Shown here: positions 6,244 through 9,100 of the stretch, one piece after another
Position numbering within the stretch: position 1 is the stretch's first letter
Layout of the letters: every line of letters starts with the position of its first letter
Source: a virus
Taxonomy: Duplodnaviria > Heunggongvirae > Uroviricota > Caudoviricetes
Reading direction: 5' to 3' (one strand)
Length of the DNA stretch: 9,100 bases
IMG/VR virus record: IMGVR_UViG_2684622620_000015
Coordinates: 1-9,100 of that record
Position numbers and translations under genes: made by a program
Notes under the pieces: model-generated
The model's input: only the letters and a program-made list of their open reading frames with translations
What the model was told of the DNA's origin: nothing
The model's database searches: none

Positions 6244-7292
6244 GAAATCGTCCCCAGAACTGCCAGCTCATTTTTTGCAATGGAGATATTGTCCGCCGGT
6301 GCAAGCAACTGATGGCTATATTCCCCGTTCGCACCGGAAATCGCTTCACTGATACGTGACACCTTCAGTTCTCCCTGCGGATAACCATCACGCAGCAGGA
6401 ACGAACGCAACTCCGCGGTAATGGCAGCCCGTATTTCTGGTGTGTCCGGCGTCACGCGGATATGAAAATCCACCGTATGTGCCACCGGCCTGAATACATA
6501 CAAATCAGAGCCTGCCACCGGGGCCAGTGGCCCGATATGTTGTCTTGCTGCCGTTTCCGTTGATTCTTCCGGAATGGGATTAATCAGGTCACTGCCGGCA
6601 ATCATCACACCGACAGTTCCCGTTCCCATCCAGTGACGGTATGTCCATGCGCGGGTAATGCCGGGCACTTCTTTAGCCCAGACGACATAGTCCCCGTCAG
6701 CCCCGCCCTGCGGCGTCCAGTAATACCGCTCAATGACGCGGGCGCGCCACGTTTCCAGATCTTCTGTATCAAATCCGCCTGTCAGGGTGTCAGTCACACC
6801 GGAAGACGGCAGACCATTCACCGGCGTGACCAGGATTAATGCCGTACCATCGTCAGCGTTACCGACCGCGCCTGCAGTTGAGCAGGCGATCGGCACGCGC
6901 AGGACACCACCGGAGCTGGTTGCATCGGCAGTTGCCGTGTACTGAACCAGGTCATCGCGCTGAATAACACTCCCGGCAGTCACCTTCAGGCCATCGCTGA
7001 CACCTTCCCAGCGCATATACCCGCTGGCAGCAGTGGCCCCCTTGCGCGGACACCGTTTCATCGCAGCATGTCGCGCCAGCCAGGACTCATCGCACAGGTC
7101 AGGCAGCATGTTCATTGCCAGATAATCGATGTAACCGTAAACCGTATGCAGCGCCGCCGCATACACCTTTGCCCGCACGTCTTCATCCATGCGCCGGAGC
7201 GTGTCGCTGACGTCCAGCCTGGCGAATAAATCGTTACGGAGCATACTGATATTTTCTGCCAGCGTCGGGCGCTGAAATTCACTGTCCGCCAT
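6234..7292 (-). CDS. jayE: Baseplate J-like protein (Mu gp47 / P2 gpJ family), 352 aa
   Basis: Size and position between the gp46-like gene and ymfQ; start overlaps the upstream gene by 14 nt, indicating translational coupling. Family assignment is by synteny and general resemblance, not a computed alignment. The symbol is given because this is the position of jayE in e14. Confidence 0.6.
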   Translation of the reverse strand: MADSEFQRPTLAENISMLRNDLFARLDVSDTLRRMDEDVRAKVYAAALHTVYGYIDYLAMNMLPDLCDESWLARHAAMKRCPRKGATAASGYMRWEGVSDGLKVTAGSVIQRDDLVQYTATADATSSGGVLRVPIACSTAGAVGNADDGTALILVTPVNGLPSSGVTDTLTGGFDTEDLETWRARVIERYYWTPQGGADGDYVVWAKEVPGITRAWTYRHWMGTGTVGVMIAGSDLINPIPEESTETAARQHIGPLAPVAGSDLYVFRPVAHTVDFHIRVTPDTPEIRAAITAELRSFLLRDGYPQGELKVSRISEAISGANGEYSHQLLAPADNISIAKNELAVLGTISWT

Positions 7293-7707
7293 GCGTTATC
7301 GCACTCCACAGATCATCAAAAGAAATCATTACCGGTCCGTCACGACGCCAGAGAGTGATACTGTTACCCAGTTCATTAATCCCGGTGCGGCGGATATCCA
7401 GATCAATACGGGACACCACGCCGTCATCAATCATCCATTGCAGGCATTCGCGGATATACCCCCTTACCGTCTGCACCAGCTGATTGGTCAGTTTGCTGCG
7501 CTGAAGCAGCCACAGTCGGGAGCCGTAACGGTCATTCTGTACCGCAGGCCAGGTATCCCCCCACCATCCCATCGGGACGTCGGCGTTGTCATCAGGCTCC
7601 GCCCGTCGCCAGGTAAACAGGGAAATCACCACGGCGCGGGTCAGCGGATCCAGCGGTGCGCTGGCGCAGGTGCGTTTACCGTTCACCGTCAGCCACAGTT
7701 CCATCAT
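7279..7707 (-). CDS. Mu gp46-like baseplate protein (P2 gpW / T4 gp25-like family), 142 aa
   Basis: 142-aa ORF whose start codon overlaps the stop of the upstream ORF (ATGA). The small size and its position immediately 5' of the J-like gene are typical of gp46/gpW. Confidence 0.6.
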   Translation of the reverse strand: MMELWLTVNGKRTCASAPLDPLTRAVVISLFTWRRAEPDDNADVPMGWWGDTWPAVQNDRYGSRLWLLQRSKLTNQLVQTVRGYIRECLQWMIDDGVVSRIDLDIRRTGINELGNSITLWRRDGPVMISFDDLWSAITHGGQ

Positions 7708-8252
7708 GCCTCCATCGCTTTATCAGGTTTGTCGGTGTTACTGCCCTGACCGTTCTCTCTGTGACGATGCCCGTTATAGGCAAGCCGCATCGCTGACATG
7801 GTAGTGCCGCTGGAGTCGCACAGGTCTTTCACCTGTCCTGTCACTTCCAGGTCCATTTCAAAACGTGCTTTAGGTGAATTGCGAAACGTGATCGTTTTAC
7901 CTGCACCGTCCACCACGATCCCCTCCCGGGTCAGCGTCACGGACTGCCCCTGATCGTCATAGACAGCCACCTCACCCGTCTGCAGCCCTTTCAGGCGGTA
8001 GCGCCGGTCCGACACCGTAACAACCACCGCATGAGAACGGTCGCCATCCGGAAACAACACCACCGCTTCCGCACCGCTGTTTGCCCTTGCGGTAAAACCG
8101 TAGGGTTCAAGATGTTCAACCCCGGCTTTGGGTTCACCGGCAATCAGGGACACATCCACGGTCTGACATTTCGTGGCGGCACTGATGCTTTTCACCACGG
8201 CCCGCCCAATCAGGCCGAGGAGTTGTCGCTGCATGGCTTCAATCGCCCTCAT
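7704..8252 (-). CDS. Mu gp45-like baseplate assembly/spike protein (gpV family), 182 aa
   Basis: 182-aa ORF whose ATG (8252-8250) overlaps the TGA of the upstream gene by 1 nt (TGATG on the coding strand). Position and size match gpV/gp45 in a Mu-like baseplate operon. Confidence 0.6.
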   Translation of the reverse strand: MRAIEAMQRQLLGLIGRAVVKSISAATKCQTVDVSLIAGEPKAGVEHLEPYGFTARANSGAEAVVLFPDGDRSHAVVVTVSDRRYRLKGLQTGEVAVYDDQGQSVTLTREGIVVDGAGKTITFRNSPKARFEMDLEVTGQVKDLCDSSGTTMSAMRLAYNGHRHRENGQGSNTDKPDKAMEA

Positions 8253-9100
8253 CAGAACGGGTCCTCCTGTACTCTGGCTTTTTTCTTTTTCCGCGCGCCG
8301 GGATCTTCGGGTTCAGGCAGATAAGCATCAGGCGGGCCGACACGGATTTCCGTCAGGGTGCCGTTCTGGTCCTGAGTAAACGTGACTTCCGAAACAAGCA
8401 GTTCGGTATTGTCGAAACCACAGACCGGATCGAAGACAATCACCCGCTGGTTGGGCTGCCACAGCGTACCGTTACCCTGTCGCCAGCCCTGCACCACATA
8501 AGTGGTTTCATCCGTCCGCGCCGCCCGTTGTCGGGCTTCAAAGTCAGCACGCGCAATACAGCCTGCCCCCGTGGCCTGCCCTGTCTGCCTGATATACATC
8601 GGACGGTAACGGGCAATAAATGCGTCCTCTGTGCGGGCCCGCAGCGCAGTTGTGGTGGCCTCACCGAAATCATCGTCGTTTCCGGCACGCTGCCCCGCCA
8701 CCTGGTAAACAGAAAACCGCTCCCGGATACTCTTCTCCGTATCGCAGGAAAGGATGTTTTCCCCAAGTACCAGCGCGGTATGTGCCCGCGTTGAGCCAAT
8801 ACCGCCAATCACCAGCCTGCCGTGCGGGTCGTCGTAAGCCAGTGCCTGCTGCTGACCGAGTATTTTGTTGATTACCTCAATCACCGTTTCACCGTGATCA
8901 GGCTGGACATCAGGAATAACACCCGACGGCGCACCGCTGTTCACCACCTCAATGCCGAAAGGCGCAGCAAGCGCCTGCGCAATCTGTACCAGCGATCGTC
9001 CGTTAAACTGTGTCGGTTCGGCTGCACAGTCAATCAGGTCAGCGGTCAGACTGCGTCCGGCAATACCGGTGCTGACCGAACGGGCATCGTAACGAACGGG
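8252..9100 (-). CDS. Mu gp44 / P2 gpD-like baseplate hub protein, partial (5' end lies beyond the window)
   Basis: The track ORF begins at a GTG at 8947, but I translated the same frame from 8948 to about 9067 and found no stop, so the gene very likely extends past 9100. The C-terminus ends ...GARKKKKARVQEDPF. Assignment rests on synteny upstream of the gpV-like gene. Confidence 0.55.
   Translation of the reverse strand, partial: PVRYDARSVSTGIAGRSLTADLIDCAAEPTQFNGRSLVQIAQALAAPFGIEVVNSGAPSGVIPDVQPDHGETVIEVINKILGQQQALAYDDPHGRLVIGGIGSTRAHTALVLGENILSCDTEKSIRERFSVYQVAGQRAGNDDDFGEATTTALRARTEDAFIARYRPMYIRQTGQATGAGCIARADFEARQRAARTDETTYVVQGWRQGNGTLWQPNQRVIVFDPVCGFDNTELLVSEVTFTQDQNGTLTEIRVGPPDAYLPEPEDPGARKKKKARVQEDPF

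Larger units (their letters stand above)
1686..9100. mobile_element. Right end of an e14-like prophage integrated in icd (continues beyond the window)
   Basis: Gene content and order going rightwards from attR: icd fragment, mcrA, pin invertase, invertible tail-fibre segment, Mu-like baseplate genes. This matches the layout I recall for e14 (mcrA-pinE-stfE-tfaE-tfaP-stfP-ymfQ-jayE). Confidence 0.8.

Noticed and set aside
8279-8290. T6-C-T5 homopolymeric tract (coding KKKK at the C-terminus of the gp44/D-like protein), considered as a slipped-strand phase-variation or frameshift site
   Set aside because: Runs of 5-6 are too short for efficient slippage, and the tract simply encodes a basic tail a few codons before the stop. 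No alternative frame continues usefully.
5248-8871. Fourteen track ORFs of 61-152 aa overlapping the baseplate and stfP genes in other frames or antisense (5248-5433, 5467-5865, 5558-5821, 5841-6035, 6633-6839, 6733-6945, 7112-7309, 7291-7749, 7586-7804, 8031-8324, 8173-8379, 8440-8808, 8528-8794, 8620-8871)
   Set aside because: They lie wholly inside longer, syntenic, translationally coupled genes. Translations are Arg/Pro/Ser-rich low-complexity strings typical of off-frame reading of GC-rich DNA, and none has a convincing RBS.
1-9100. Checked for CRISPR arrays, tRNA/rRNA genes, IS-element terminal inverted repeats and long tandem repeats
   Set aside because: No regularly spaced direct repeats, no tRNA-like structures and no transposase ORFs were seen. 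The only repeats are the two 48-bp elements, the ATAACTCATT repeats and the inverted 26-bp crossover sites, all reported above.

Overview
This window reads as the right-hand end of an e14-like prophage integrated in the 3' end of icd in an Escherichia-like chromosome, plus about 1.7 kb of AT-rich host flank. I did not find convincing evidence of a genuinely undescribed system; nearly all of the window is explained by known biology, and the findings below are the places worth a second look. All protein identities are from reading the translations and recalling E. coli K-12 and phage Mu families; no database search was run, so each should be confirmed by BLASTP/HMM. Left to right: ycgX (1-405, +), an AT-rich intergenic region, iraM (1101-1424, +), the icd intrinsic terminator and a displaced icd 3' fragment (icdC, 1527-1691, -) marking attR, then prophage DNA. 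The prophage carries mcrA (HNH type IV restriction nuclease, -), the serine invertase pinE (-), and a roughly 1.9 kb invertible segment bounded by two 26-bp hix/gix-like sites (3469-3494 and 5353-5378). That segment holds two alternative tail-fibre C-terminal domains and two tail-fibre assembly genes (stfE-v and tfaE on +, tfaP and stfP-v on -). Upstream on the minus strand is a tightly coupled Mu-like baseplate operon (gp44/D-like partial, gp45/V-like, gp46-like, gp47/J-like, ymfQ/gp48-like, stfP, tfaP). In the orientation present, the StfP variable domain is fused to the constant N-terminus and the StfE domain is silent. No tRNA, rRNA, CRISPR array or IS element was seen.
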